From an uncultured delta proteobacterium (GTDB lineage Bacteria > Desulfobacterota > Desulfobacteria > Desulfobacterales > B30-G6): a stretch of DNA of 64,000 bases. Below are positions 20,129-30,068 of the stretch, piece after piece. The stretch is taken from positions 64,001-128,000 of the forward strand of contig CAWGLD010000005.1 of assembly GCA_963823335.1 (NCBI GenBank). The letters are read 5' to 3'. Position 1 is the stretch's first letter, and each line of letters begins with the position of its first letter. The notes beneath the pieces were generated by a model. The model did no database searches and was not told where the DNA came from. It saw nothing but the letters and a program-made list of their open reading frames with translations. The position numbers and the translations under genes are program-made.

Positions 20129-21103
20129 CTATGGTTCATTGAATACCTGGGTTTTTACAAGTTCACCGTCTACATACAGAAACAATGTCGCGATGGTGTT
20201 GGTGGGAACCAGCAGCCAAAGTTCTTCACCTGGGTTCATGAAGTCGTTGTAGAGTTCACTCGACACCCCCATGCTGTCCAACCGGACCAGGACATGTTTG
20301 TTCAGAAATCCGGAATCTATTTTGTGTCTGAAAAAACCAGATCGCCGGGCTTGGTCTACACTATGTCCGGAATCCGACCCGGGTTTTCTGTTGACCACCA
20401 GGTCGATGGGGGATTTCTCTATAACACGGTATCCTGAATTTGGATACTGTCCTACGATGATGCTGTCGGGCTTGTCCTGATGAAATTCATGCCGGAAGCG
20501 GCCAACCTGTAAATGACTTCGTTCAATATCTACGACAGCCTCATCAACGGACAATCCTCTCAAATCCAGCATTTGATAGGCCCTGGGTCGTTGTCCCATG
20601 CTTATCAGCAGGTTCACGCAATGGCCGCGGTTAACCAGAATGCTGTAAGAGGGCTCCTGCGCGATGACAACATCCTTGCCGGTTGTCTCATTATCATGCA
20701 CATAGGTGTCATGCCCCAGGCATAATCCGCTTTCTTCCAATAAAAGCTGGGCTTGCCTTAGCGGAAGTCCGGTGACATTCGGCATGGTAATGACTTTCGG
20801 TCCCTTGGATAGTAGAATCCTTAAGTCCCTTCCTTTCTTGATTTCCGAGCCGGGTAGGGGTTCCTGGAATATAACATGATTTTTTGGGTAGTCATCATTG
20901 TACTCGGAACCTTTTATCTTGGTATTGAGCCCGAGATCCGTGAGTATTTCCAGTGAATAAACCACATCTCTTCCCAGCAGGTCCGGCACCACCACGGTAT
21001 CTTCGCTTTTGATGATAAACGTCAGGGTCAGATATGCCGTCGTGCCGGTGATCATGAGAAACACGATCAGTAGTGCGGATATTTTTGCAAAGCGTCGTAT
21101 CAT
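20129..21103 (-). CDS. membrane-anchored PASTA-repeat protein (no kinase domain)
   Basis: N-terminal TM, three PASTA-like repeats (VPDLLG, MPNVTG, MLDLRG ... Q.P). Confidence 0.88.
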   Translation of the reverse strand: MIRRFAKISALLIVFLMITGTTAYLTLTFIIKSEDTVVVPDLLGRDVVYSLEILTDLGLNTKIKGSEYNDDYPKNHVIFQEPLPGSEIKKGRDLRILLSKGPKVITMPNVTGLPLRQAQLLLEESGLCLGHDTYVHDNETTGKDVVIAQEPSYSILVNRGHCVNLLISMGQRPRAYQMLDLRGLSVDEAVVDIERSHLQVGRFRHEFHQDKPDSIIVGQYPNSGYRVIEKSPIDLVVNRKPGSDSGHSVDQARRSGFFRHKIDSGFLNKHVLVRLDSMGVSSELYNDFMNPGEELWLLVPTNTIATLFLYVDGELVKTQVFNEP

Positions 21104-22464
21104 TGCATCCGTTTAAACCGAACGGAAAAAAAGCCATCCATATGGCTGGTATGGGGATACGTTCTGAAAAAACCATTGTTGTCGACAAAGGGTTGAACCG
21201 TTTTTAATAGAGAGTCGTGTGTTTTGTAGATCATAAATTTCTGATGAGTGTCCATAAACTTGGCCACCACCTGTTCATTTTCTTCCGGCTCCAGGCTGCA
21301 CACAACATATTGCAGGATCCCGCCAATTTTTACCATGGGTGCCAGTGTCTGCAGAAATGTGCATTGTCGCTGCTGATAGTGCGCGAGATTCATTTTTGAA
21401 AAAGCCCATTTTGCATCGGGGTTTCTTCTCAGAACTCCCAAACCCGAGCAGGGGGCATCCAGTAGAATCCGGTCAAAGGTTCTCGAGGGATCTTTTGCAA
21501 AAGGAGTGTTCAAGTCATGGGAGTTGGTGGTGACAATCGATATGCCCAGGTGCATCATTTCGGATCGAAGTTGTGAAAGTTTCTGCTTTTGATGATCCAT
21601 GGCAATGATACGCCCCTGGTTTGACATTAACTGGGCCATATGTCCGGTTTTTCCTCCCAGACCGGCGCAGGCGTCCAGAACGGTTTCACCGGGCTGGGGA
21701 TTCAAAAAACAGGAGACAAGCTGCGCTGCTTCGTCCTGCACCTGAAACCAGCCCTTATGGAATGCGGTCAGGTTTGCGACAGGCAGTTTTGGATGATAGA
21801 ATGAAACGCCGTCCGGGGAATGGGGTGTTGCCTGTACATCCACGGCTTCGTCACTCAGTAGCCGAATCAAGCTCTCACGGTCGGTTTTGAGGCGGTTTGT
21901 CCTGACGGTTATAGGTGGAATGGTGTTGAATGCGTCACATAATTTGCGTGTTTCAAGGGGCCCGAATCGATTCACCCAGCGCTGGACCAACCATTCCGGA
22001 AATGCATGTGAGGCTGCCAGGGAGGCCACTGGATATTTCCTGAAATCAGGAAAGTCTACATCCTGGTATTGGACACTCGCTTTTCTCAGCAGGGCATTGA
22101 CATAGTTGACGGTCCGGGTATCTGCAACGGTTTTGGCCAATTCCACGGATGTGTTCACAGCTGCGGATATGGGTACACGCGTGAGATACATCATTTGAAA
22201 GAGCGCCATACGCAGGATATTGAAAATCTTGGGATCTATTTTGTCCGGTTTGGTGTGTGAAAAATGTTTAACGATCCAATCCAGGCGACCGCGCCATCTG
22301 AGAACGCCATACACCAGACTATAAATAAAGGCCTTGTCCAGTTTTGACTGTTGACCGGTGCTGAAAACGGAATCGATAATCGTATCGAGAGTCATCTGGG
22401 AATTATCAAGCGTGTTCAGGACATCGAGGGCGGTTTCGCGTGCTTTGTCTCTTGTTTTCTTCAT
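21100..22464 (-). CDS. rsmB: 16S rRNA m5C967 methyltransferase
   Basis: NusB-like N-domain, VQDEAAQ, LDACA..GGKT, LLDAPCSG.G..RRNPD, CSLEPEEN; ATGA overlap with the fmt stop. Confidence 0.95.
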   Translation of the reverse strand: MKKTRDKARETALDVLNTLDNSQMTLDTIIDSVFSTGQQSKLDKAFIYSLVYGVLRWRGRLDWIVKHFSHTKPDKIDPKIFNILRMALFQMMYLTRVPISAAVNTSVELAKTVADTRTVNYVNALLRKASVQYQDVDFPDFRKYPVASLAASHAFPEWLVQRWVNRFGPLETRKLCDAFNTIPPITVRTNRLKTDRESLIRLLSDEAVDVQATPHSPDGVSFYHPKLPVANLTAFHKGWFQVQDEAAQLVSCFLNPQPGETVLDACAGLGGKTGHMAQLMSNQGRIIAMDHQKQKLSQLRSEMMHLGISIVTTNSHDLNTPFAKDPSRTFDRILLDAPCSGLGVLRRNPDAKWAFSKMNLAHYQQRQCTFLQTLAPMVKIGGILQYVVCSLEPEENEQVVAKFMDTHQKFMIYKTHDSLLKTVQPFVDNNGFFRTYPHTSHMDGFFSVRFKRMQ

Positions 22465-23408
22465 GTAAGAACCGTGCCTGTTTCCATGCTGCATCCACAC
22501 AGATACTCTTTTGTGGCCAGGCATTTTCCCGAGGCGCCTTGAAGCTCTTCGATGAGAAGTGCGCCTTTACCCGTGGCCACAAGCATTTCATCCGGAAAAG
22601 ACATGAGCACGGTGCCGGGTGCCTCATGGGTTTCCTTGTCCAGGCATTTTGATCTGTATATTTTCAGCCGTGTGTCACCGCAGAACGTAAAGGCACCGGG
22701 CCAGGGGTTGATACCCCGGATGAAATTTGCAATATCGCTTGCCGGCAGTCCCCAGTTGATACGGCCGTCTTTTTTTTTCAGCATTGGGACATAGGATGCT
22801 GCAGCTGGATCCTGGGCTGTGGAAACGAGCTTTCCGGTGGCGAGCTTTTCCAGTGTTTCCAACAGCAGACAAGCCCCTTCCCGGGCCAGTTTGTCATGAA
22901 GTGTTACAGAAGTGTCTTCGGGAGAGATCTGCACAGTTTGTTGCAGAAGGATGTCTCCGGTGTCGAGGCCTTCATCCATCATCATGGTTGTAACGCCGGT
23001 TTCTTTTTCTCCGTTGATAATTGCCCATTGAATTGGAGCCGGACCCCGGTACCTGGGAAGCAGTGATGCGTGAACATTGATGGCCTTGAAAGGAGGGAGT
23101 TCAAGCAGACGTTTGGGCAGAATCTGTCCGAAGGCGACAACGACGAGCAAATCCGGTTTAAGGTCTGCAATGACGTCAAGAAACGTATCTGGTTTAACGC
23201 TCTCGGGCTGCGAAAAACCATATCCATAACGAATAGCCGACTCCTTGATCGGAGAGGGCATGATTTTGCGCCCACGCCCACTGGGCCTGTCCGGTTGCGT
23301 TACCACCAGAACAATATCATGGCGGCTTTCATGGAGAGCCTGCAGGGAAGGGACCGCAAATTCAGGTGTTCCCATGAATACGACCTTGAGTGGTGTTGTG
23401 GTTTCGAT
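22461..23408 (-). CDS. fmt: methionyl-tRNA formyltransferase (probable ATC start at 23408; first ATG at 23375)
   Basis: LKVVFMGTPEFA, VVTQPDRP.GRG, INVHASLLPRYRG.API, GLDTGD. Confidence 0.95.
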   Translation of the reverse strand: METTTPLKVVFMGTPEFAVPSLQALHESRHDIVLVVTQPDRPSGRGRKIMPSPIKESAIRYGYGFSQPESVKPDTFLDVIADLKPDLLVVVAFGQILPKRLLELPPFKAINVHASLLPRYRGPAPIQWAIINGEKETGVTTMMMDEGLDTGDILLQQTVQISPEDTSVTLHDKLAREGACLLLETLEKLATGKLVSTAQDPAAASYVPMLKKKDGRINWGLPASDIANFIRGINPWPGAFTFCGDTRLKIYRSKCLDKETHEAPGTVLMSFPDEMLVATGKGALLIEELQGASGKCLATKEYLCGCSMETGTVLT

Positions 23409-23409
23409 A

Positions 23410-23922
23410 CTACTCTCCCCGTTTTATCTGTTTCTGTATACGTCTGGCGTAAAGCTGTCTCTTGAGCGCACTGATCCGGTCGATGAAAAGTTTGCCCTTC
23501 AGATGATCTATTTCGTGCTGCAGAACAATGGACAAGAAATCGTGAGCCTCAAAGCGAAGCAGTTTTTCATTCCTGTCGTAGGCTTCCACCAGGATCGAGG
23601 CAAAGCGTTTAACATCCGAGCGATATTCCGGAACACTCAGACAGCCTTCATTTTCAGACAACACGTCCCCTTCGCTTTCGATAATCCGTGGGTTAACCAG
23701 GACCTTTATGGAACGGTCTTCGTCCTGAGGTGAAATGTCATATATGAGCAAGCTCCGGTCGATGCCCACCTGGATCGCAGCCAATCCTACCCCGGGTGCT
23801 TGATACATGGTTTCCCCCATGTTGTCGATAAGTTCCTGAAGGGCACCATCAATATTCTCAACCGGTTTTGTGGGTTGTTTCAGAAATATGTCAGGGTAGG
23901 TTACTATGTCGAGTATGGCCAT
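23410..23922 (-). CDS. def: peptide deformylase
   Basis: GVGLAA.Q, EGCLS, QHEIDHL.G. Confidence 0.97.
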   Translation of the reverse strand: MAILDIVTYPDIFLKQPTKPVENIDGALQELIDNMGETMYQAPGVGLAAIQVGIDRSLLIYDISPQDEDRSIKVLVNPRIIESEGDVLSENEGCLSVPEYRSDVKRFASILVEAYDRNEKLLRFEAHDFLSIVLQHEIDHLKGKLFIDRISALKRQLYARRIQKQIKRGE

Positions 23923-24132
23923 GAGATATCCTGTTGAACGTCTGGGTCAGTGATAAACAGGTAACGGTTTATCCGAACTTGTAAATTATTATACCAAAGG
24001 ACCTGAGGGGTCAAGGGTTTGGCGTTAGGGTCTTTGTTGATCAGACGGTAGCCCTAAACTGTACGTCACAAGCAATAAAAGGCTTACAACGTAACCGCCG
24101 AATTCTTGGCTCCTGGTTTTATTGTACAATAG

Positions 24133-25104
24133 TCATTTTATGCAGAATTGCAATGGAGACAGGTGGCGGTTTGTCAAGATGTGTCTTGCCGTTACAACAT
24201 CATTGGCAATCTGTTGGGAAAGGGCATCTATTCCCGAAAACTTGATCTCATCCCGGATGCGCTCGATGAACTTGACGATGATGGATTGTCCGTAAAGATC
24301 CTTGTTAAAGTCCAATATGTGTACTTCGACGGTCAGTTCATTTTCATCAAAAGTGGGGCTGTACCCGATATTGGCTACGCCCTGGTAGGTTTCATCCAGA
24401 CAGTCGACGGTGACGGCGTAGATGCCGTTCTTTGGATAAAGTTCTTCTTTGAGTTTGATGTTTGCCGTAGGAAATCCCAGGAGTTTACCACCTCTGTTTC
24501 GTCCAGGGGTTACGATGCCGCTGACCTGGTAGTGGCGACCCAACAGTTTATGTGCCTCGCCGACCTCCCCATCACGCATCAGCAATTCCCGGATGCGGGT
24601 ACTGCTGATGCGTGATGGAATATTGTTTGAGACCGGAATCCAATCAACCACATCGACTTCAAAGTCGAAAGCTTCGGCATACGATTTTAACAGATTGAGA
24701 TTTCCTTCACGGTTTTTTCCGAAGGTATAGTCTTTTCCCACGACAATGGCCTGGATACCAATCCGGCCCAGCAATATATCCAGAACAAATTCTTTGGCCG
24801 TAATGGCTGCAAACTCGCGGGTAAAAGGAACACAGATAAGCACATCAATTCCCGACTTCTCGATCAGTTCGATTTTTTGAGCATAAGGGGTGATGAGTGG
24901 AGGGTGTCCATTATTTTTCAGGACACGAATCGGGTGAGGCTCGAACGTCATGGCAATGGCCGTGCCATTTCTCATGTCGGCATTCTCCATGACCTCATGA
25001 AAAAGTGCCTGATGCCCGATATGAACGCCGTCAAAATTGCCGATGGTTATAACGGCGTTAGGGAAAGGGGTTTCAATATCTTCAAGTTTTTCAATAAGTT
25101 TCAT
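24133..25104 (-). CDS. ribF: bifunctional riboflavin kinase/FAD synthetase
   Basis: IGNFDGVHIGH, TFEPHP, ISST.IR, GFPTAN, EVHILDF. Confidence 0.97.
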   Translation of the reverse strand: MKLIEKLEDIETPFPNAVITIGNFDGVHIGHQALFHEVMENADMRNGTAIAMTFEPHPIRVLKNNGHPPLITPYAQKIELIEKSGIDVLICVPFTREFAAITAKEFVLDILLGRIGIQAIVVGKDYTFGKNREGNLNLLKSYAEAFDFEVDVVDWIPVSNNIPSRISSTRIRELLMRDGEVGEAHKLLGRHYQVSGIVTPGRNRGGKLLGFPTANIKLKEELYPKNGIYAVTVDCLDETYQGVANIGYSPTFDENELTVEVHILDFNKDLYGQSIIVKFIERIRDEIKFSGIDALSQQIANDVVTARHILTNRHLSPLQFCIK

Positions 25105-25244
25105 TCATTTACCCAGCAGCAATTAATGCCTTGACATCAAAAATAAAAAGATATACCTATAGCATCCTACGAATTACATCAATCTCTTTTTGTTCGAAGT
25201 GCTGAAAGAACATGAAAGGGACTGATCAACGCCAATCCCATCGT

Positions 25245-25331
25245 GCCGAAGTGGCGGAACTGGTAGACGCGCTAGGTTCAGGGTCTAGTAAGGGTTTCCT
25301 TGTGGGAGTTCAAATCTCCCCTTCGGCACCA
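25245..25331 (+). tRNA. tRNA-Leu(CAG)
   Basis: GCCGAAG acceptor pairs with CTTCGGC+ACCA; D loop GGAACTGGTAGAC; anticodon arm CTAGG-TTCAGGG-TCTAG; long variable arm; GTTCAAAT T loop. Confidence 0.97.
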
Positions 25332-25472
25332 CTTTTTTTCTTAACTTCCTGTTTTATATTAATATCCTAAGCCTAAAAATACGCCAAAAATGGCGTTTTT
25401 CCGAATAATGGGGCAAAGCCACTACACTGGTACATAATGAAACTTGTACCGGAGATAGAGAGGAGCTGGCTT

Positions 25473-25835
25473 ATGACCACACGGTCTTCCCCTTCGTACC
25501 TTTTTCAATCCCCGTATTCCTATTATTTCAGAATCCGGATCCCAGATGATTTGCGGTTGCACTTCGCTGGCAAAACTGAAATAAAACGATCACTCCAAAC
25601 CGGATATCTGTCTGATGCAAAGTATAAGGCTCGGTTGCTTGCTGGTCAAGTTCAAAGGCTGTTCAGATACTTGCACGGAAAGGAAGCTAATGCCATGACC
25701 GCAAAAAAATACTCCAAACTTACAGACGATCTGCTGAACGACATTGTGTCTATAACTTTCTTGGACGGGTTATTAGGATTTGTAACCTGTGGCATATACA
25801 CACCGCATACGGCTAAAGTTTATTGCACCGATTAA
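25473..25835 (+). pseudogene. truncated integrase N-terminus (DUF6538-like); no catalytic tyrosine-recombinase domain
   Basis: YYFRIRIPDDLR..F.GKTEIKRSLQT....A...A motif; GAGGAG RBS; resemblance appears to end near 25745. Confidence 0.75.
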
Positions 25836-26101
25836 ATAGCGAATAATCGCTTTGGGTAAACCACAATATGTATGCATTCTAATTATCAAGAGAAATGGAA
25901 GATTACTGGCATAAGTCTTCAATGACCGGTGTTGCTATCTCCTACTCATCCAAGATCTTTGTTGGCTTGAATATGCTGTGACACTAACAATATTTGATCT
26001 AAAAGATGGTTGATGGTATTTTCATTGAACCACAACTATTCGGACATTAATTTGTCATATGGTATTCTCTATTATTCATTCAAATAAGGAGGTCAAAAAT
26101 C

Positions 26102-27187
26102 ATGAGCGAAGAAATGTATCTAAAGTTAGCCAAAGTGCTTGACACCCTCCCAAACGGCTTTCCTACAACAGAATCAGGCGTTGAAATCAAATTATTGAAA
26201 AAGATATTTAGACCCGAAGATACAGAGCTTTTCTGCGACTTGAAACTTAGTTTTGAGACTGCGGAGCAGATTTCAGAGAGAACAGGAAGACCGATAGATG
26301 GCTTGGAAGATCACTTGATTGAAATGTGGCGGAGAGGGCAACTTTTTGGAGCTGATATTGGAGGAATAATGGTTTTCAAAATGGTGCCTTGGGCATTCGG
26401 AATTTATGAATTTCAACTGCCCCACCTGGACCGTGAAATGGCAGAAATGTGTGAGGAGTACATGAAAGTTTTTGGTGAACAGTTTTTCAAAAATAAGCCG
26501 CAACTCATGCAAGTCGTCCCAGTTGAGAAAGAAATTTCTGCCAAACAGCAAACTCTTCATTACGAGCAGGTTTCCAATATAATTGAAAATAGCCAGTCAT
26601 TTGCTGTTTTTGACTGCATATGTAAAAAAGAAAAACACCTATTGGACAAAGGCTGCGATAAGCCATTAGAAATTTGTACTGCATATGCTCCTATCCCAGG
26701 CGTTTTCGATGAAGTACCGCATTACCGTTCAATGTCAAAAGATGAGGCATATGCCGTCTTGGACAAAGCAGAAAAGGCCGCTTTAGTCCATCTAACATGG
26801 AATATGGAAAGTGGTCATTTTTTTATCTGTAATTGTTGTGGCTGTTGCTGCCATGTTTTGACCTCTATCAATGATTTGGGGATAAATGCTTCCGACGTAA
26901 TTAATTCAAACTATTATGCTGAAATCAACTCTGATTCATGTATCGTCTGCAATACCTGCATTGATGAACGCTGCCAGGTAGTGGCAATTGAAGAGGGAGA
27001 TGATGCGAACCATATCATCCGTGAAAAATGTATTGGGTGCGGGCTTTGTATATCAACTTGTCCGACAGAATCCATAAAGCTGATACGAAAAGATCCCGAG
27101 GAAATAATTACGCCACCAAAAGATGAGATGGAATGGTTTGAAAAACGTGCAAACCAAGTAGGAGTAGATATCAGTAAGTATACATGA
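26102..27187 (+). CDS. 4Fe-4S binding protein (wHTH-like N-terminus, C-terminal ferredoxin domain)
   Basis: AAGGAGG RBS; C.C, ICNCCGCCC, CIVCNTC...C, CIGCGLC...CP. Confidence 0.9.
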   Translation: MSEEMYLKLAKVLDTLPNGFPTTESGVEIKLLKKIFRPEDTELFCDLKLSFETAEQISERTGRPIDGLEDHLIEMWRRGQLFGADIGGIMVFKMVPWAFGIYEFQLPHLDREMAEMCEEYMKVFGEQFFKNKPQLMQVVPVEKEISAKQQTLHYEQVSNIIENSQSFAVFDCICKKEKHLLDKGCDKPLEICTAYAPIPGVFDEVPHYRSMSKDEAYAVLDKAEKAALVHLTWNMESGHFFICNCCGCCCHVLTSINDLGINASDVINSNYYAEINSDSCIVCNTCIDERCQVVAIEEGDDANHIIREKCIGCGLCISTCPTESIKLIRKDPEEIITPPKDEMEWFEKRANQVGVDISKYT

Positions 27188-27228
27188 TTAATTATCCCAT
27201 GCTTATCAGCCGTGAGAAACGGTGATGC

Positions 27229-27395
27229 CTCCAACGAAAATGTAGATATCAGGCTCCTAATATTTTACCGGTGTGCGAAAATTATCACAACAGGCCAAAT
27301 CTTGCATTCATAAGCCCTGCCGTGATACCTTGATGATGACCAGATGGTATCGTTAATAATACCATAATTCAAAAACGCACGATGTTCTCCATGTA
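27229..27395 (+). repeat. island intergenic module, copy 1 (interrupted at its 3' end by the intron)
   Basis: Shares CCAAC, GTAGATATCA, ACCGGTGTGCGAAAAT, ATCACAAC, ATCTTGCA, ATGGTATCG and CTCCAT blocks with the 29777 and 33542 copies. Confidence 0.9.
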
Positions 27396-28064
27396 GTGTG
27401 CCAAGAGCGCACTTTTAAATATAGTGTGTGCAACTGTGTAAAAGATGAGGGTTGTTTGGCCCCTCGGAGCCGGCTTGCAGGAGCAGGCTTCAAACCGCCT
27501 AAAGCTGCGTTGGTTAAGAGCCAGGGTGGTGAGCGTTTAGGAAAAGTCACGGCATAGGATCGTGGCAGGTACGACTCAGAGAGATGAGCGCAAGCGAACC
27601 ATTCGATGAAGCGTCGAAAGATCATGGACGAGGTCAAAACTGAGCTGATATATGGGGTTCAGGATGAGCTTAGGGGGAGCCTGCGTATTGCCTAAGTGGC
27701 CTCCGGCGTTAAGGTGGCATGAATCTGAGTTAGGCTTTTGCATGGAACTTGGGAACCTGTCGTCTCGATGTTAAGGGAGAAATTCAAGTGGAGATCCCAC
27801 AAGAATGAGAGTACCGATGCGAGGCACAGGGGCGGATCATCCCGTATTAGTGTTGAAGTCTCTGTAATGGGGATGGAGTGAAGGGGATGAGCCAGCTCGC
27901 AGCAAGTGAAGGTCAACCAGGAAACTGGGAGGAACCGGATTTATTTCTGCGTAGGCTTGAGACCGTGAGGTTTCAAGAGAATGGCTGGCAGGAGCGGTAT
28001 GACGGGAGACTGTCACGTACCGTTCTGAGAGGGCCTGGGGGTGAAATTCCCCCGGGCACTCGAC
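27396..28064 (+). ncRNA. ORF-less group II intron (IIB-type, resembling bacterial class D)
   Basis: 5' GTGTG; domain V GAGCGGTATGACGGGAGACTGTCACGTACCGTTC; domain VI GGCCTGGGGGTGAAATTCCCCCGGGCACTCGAC ending AC; 669 nt with no RT ORF. Confidence 0.9.
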
Positions 28065-28260
28065 TCGGTATTGTTGAAATCGTCGAACCTTGACCAATCC
28101 GCTCAAATCATGTACGTATCTTACATTGCACTCAAATCACACTTGGGCTGAATCTTCAAACTGAACCTGATCTATCCTCATTCTCGACCTGTTCTTACCT
28201 TTCAAAGATGTATCATCTTTTTTTATCAATTGCTTTATTACAGACTCAGGAGGACAGATC

Positions 28261-29742
28261 ATGACGCTTTTCAAGAGGGTTCTTCAGCTAAGTGCAATCA
28301 TGTTTCTCATCAGTGCCCTCTTTTCCTGTGGAAAGTGTTCTGTCAAATCTCCCCATGACATCGACCTTGTCCATTTCAAATCCGCTACTGAGTTGACAAG
28401 CTCCATTCGGCGCGGCGAAATCACTTCCCTTGATCTTCTCAACCTCTACCTCGACCGCATAGAGCGTTATAATAATGATATCAATGCAGTCGTTGCCCTG
28501 GATATAACTGCAGCCCGGGCGCGAGCAGCGGAAGCAGACAAAGCTCTCGTGGAGGGCAAAGACTGGGGGCCACTCCATGGCCTCCCAATGACGGTTAAGG
28601 ATGTATTTGAAGTGGTTGGCATGCCCACAACATCGGGTGACCCAATGCTCAAAGGTTACATCCCAGATCGTAATGCAATAGCGGTACAACGTCTAATCGA
28701 TGCAGGTGCAATAATATTTGGCAAAACGAACGTTCCATTCCATGCATCGGATATTCAAACTTACAACGAAATCTATGGTACGACTAATAATCCCTGGGAT
28801 TTGTCCAGAACTCCAGGCGGTTCATCAGGCGGCTCGGCCGCGGCTCTCGCTGCCGGATTTACTCCTCTCGAACTGGGGAGCGACATAGGGGGGTCAGTCC
28901 GTAATCCAGCCCACTACACAGGGGTTTTCGGACATAAACCTACTTTTGGAATTGTTCCGAGATATGGACATATACCACCAATGCCCGGCCAGGTTCCCCC
29001 ACACGTAATGCCTGCGATTCCGCTTTTCGTAGTCGGACCTCTTGCTCGTAGTGCCGATGACTTAGAATTAGCTATAGAAGTATTGACGACTCCAAATAGG
29101 ATGGACAAGAGCGCTAACAGACCAGAGCTGTTGCCACCGCGAAGGCAGCAATTCAAAGATTATCGTGTTGCTGTGTGGCTCACGGATCCCTATCCAGCAG
29201 CCGAAATCGATGATGAAGTCTTGGCAGCACTCAAGATGACCGTAGAAAAACTGCGTGGTGCCGGTCTTGACATAGACGAGGAAGCGCGGCCTAACATCGA
29301 TTTGTTAATAGACGGATCACTTTGGTATGAAATATACAGTCAGATGATGATCGGCTCATTACCGCTGGATGAGGTGCTTGTCGAAAGACAGAAAAAGCAA
29401 CAAGCAATGTGGGCTGAACTATTTGAACGTTATGATGTACTGCTCGCTCCTATATCGCCAACTGTTGCCTTTCCGCATGACCATAAGGGGACGTTAACGA
29501 CCCGCAGTTTGGAGATCAATGGCCAGCAGAAACCCATGCTAAACAACATGACTTGGGCTTATATGGCAGTTGTATCAGGATTGCCGGCAACTGTTGCACC
29601 CGTTGGGCTGAGCGAATCAGGTCTTCCAGTAGGTATTCAGATTATTGGTGCCAGATTCGAGGATAGGACAACCATAGCTTTTGCTAAAGCTTTATCTGAG
29701 CTAATTGGTGGATTCAAACCTCCACCAGGCTTTGATAATTAG
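28261..29742 (+). CDS. amidase-signature family amidase with a lipoprotein-like signal
   Basis: GPLHGLP.TVKD, GKTN, PGGSSGGSAAA, GSDIGGSVRNPA; LFSC lipobox-like; AGGAGG RBS. Confidence 0.93.
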   Translation: MTLFKRVLQLSAIMFLISALFSCGKCSVKSPHDIDLVHFKSATELTSSIRRGEITSLDLLNLYLDRIERYNNDINAVVALDITAARARAAEADKALVEGKDWGPLHGLPMTVKDVFEVVGMPTTSGDPMLKGYIPDRNAIAVQRLIDAGAIIFGKTNVPFHASDIQTYNEIYGTTNNPWDLSRTPGGSSGGSAAALAAGFTPLELGSDIGGSVRNPAHYTGVFGHKPTFGIVPRYGHIPPMPGQVPPHVMPAIPLFVVGPLARSADDLELAIEVLTTPNRMDKSANRPELLPPRRQQFKDYRVAVWLTDPYPAAEIDDEVLAALKMTVEKLRGAGLDIDEEARPNIDLLIDGSLWYEIYSQMMIGSLPLDEVLVERQKKQQAMWAELFERYDVLLAPISPTVAFPHDHKGTLTTRSLEINGQQKPMLNNMTWAYMAVVSGLPATVAPVGLSESGLPVGIQIIGARFEDRTTIAFAKALSELIGGFKPPPGFDN

Positions 29743-29776
29743 CACAAATGCACTTTTATTTAGCTAATAGATGAAA

Positions 29777-29938
29777 CCAACAAAACCGTAGATATCAGAC
29801 CCCTAAAAATTACCGGTGTGCGAAAATAATCACAACCGACCGAATCTTGCATTCATAGACCCTAGTGTGGTACCGTGGGGATGACCAAATGGTATCGGCA
29901 ATATTGTCTATAATTCCAGTTGGTAAGATACTCTCCAT
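29777..29938 (+). repeat. island intergenic module, copy 2
   Basis: Same conserved blocks as the 27229 and 33542 copies. Confidence 0.9.
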
Positions 29939-30068
29939 CAATCACCATTCTGAGATTCAGGTTTATTGCCTAATCTACAGATTAGAACTGGTTTAATTAT
30001 TACGCTCGTAATATATCCAGAACCACACAATAACTTTTCACGTGTTAAAGAATAAAGGAGGTTTCCAT

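Noticed and set aside
26102-27187. Selenocysteine recoding in the Fe-S or AOR genes
   Set aside because: The reading frames are complete with no in-frame TGA at Cys positions
27353-28106. Short ORFs inside the intron as a possible maturase
   Set aside because: No RT motifs such as YADD; they are translations of ribozyme sequence
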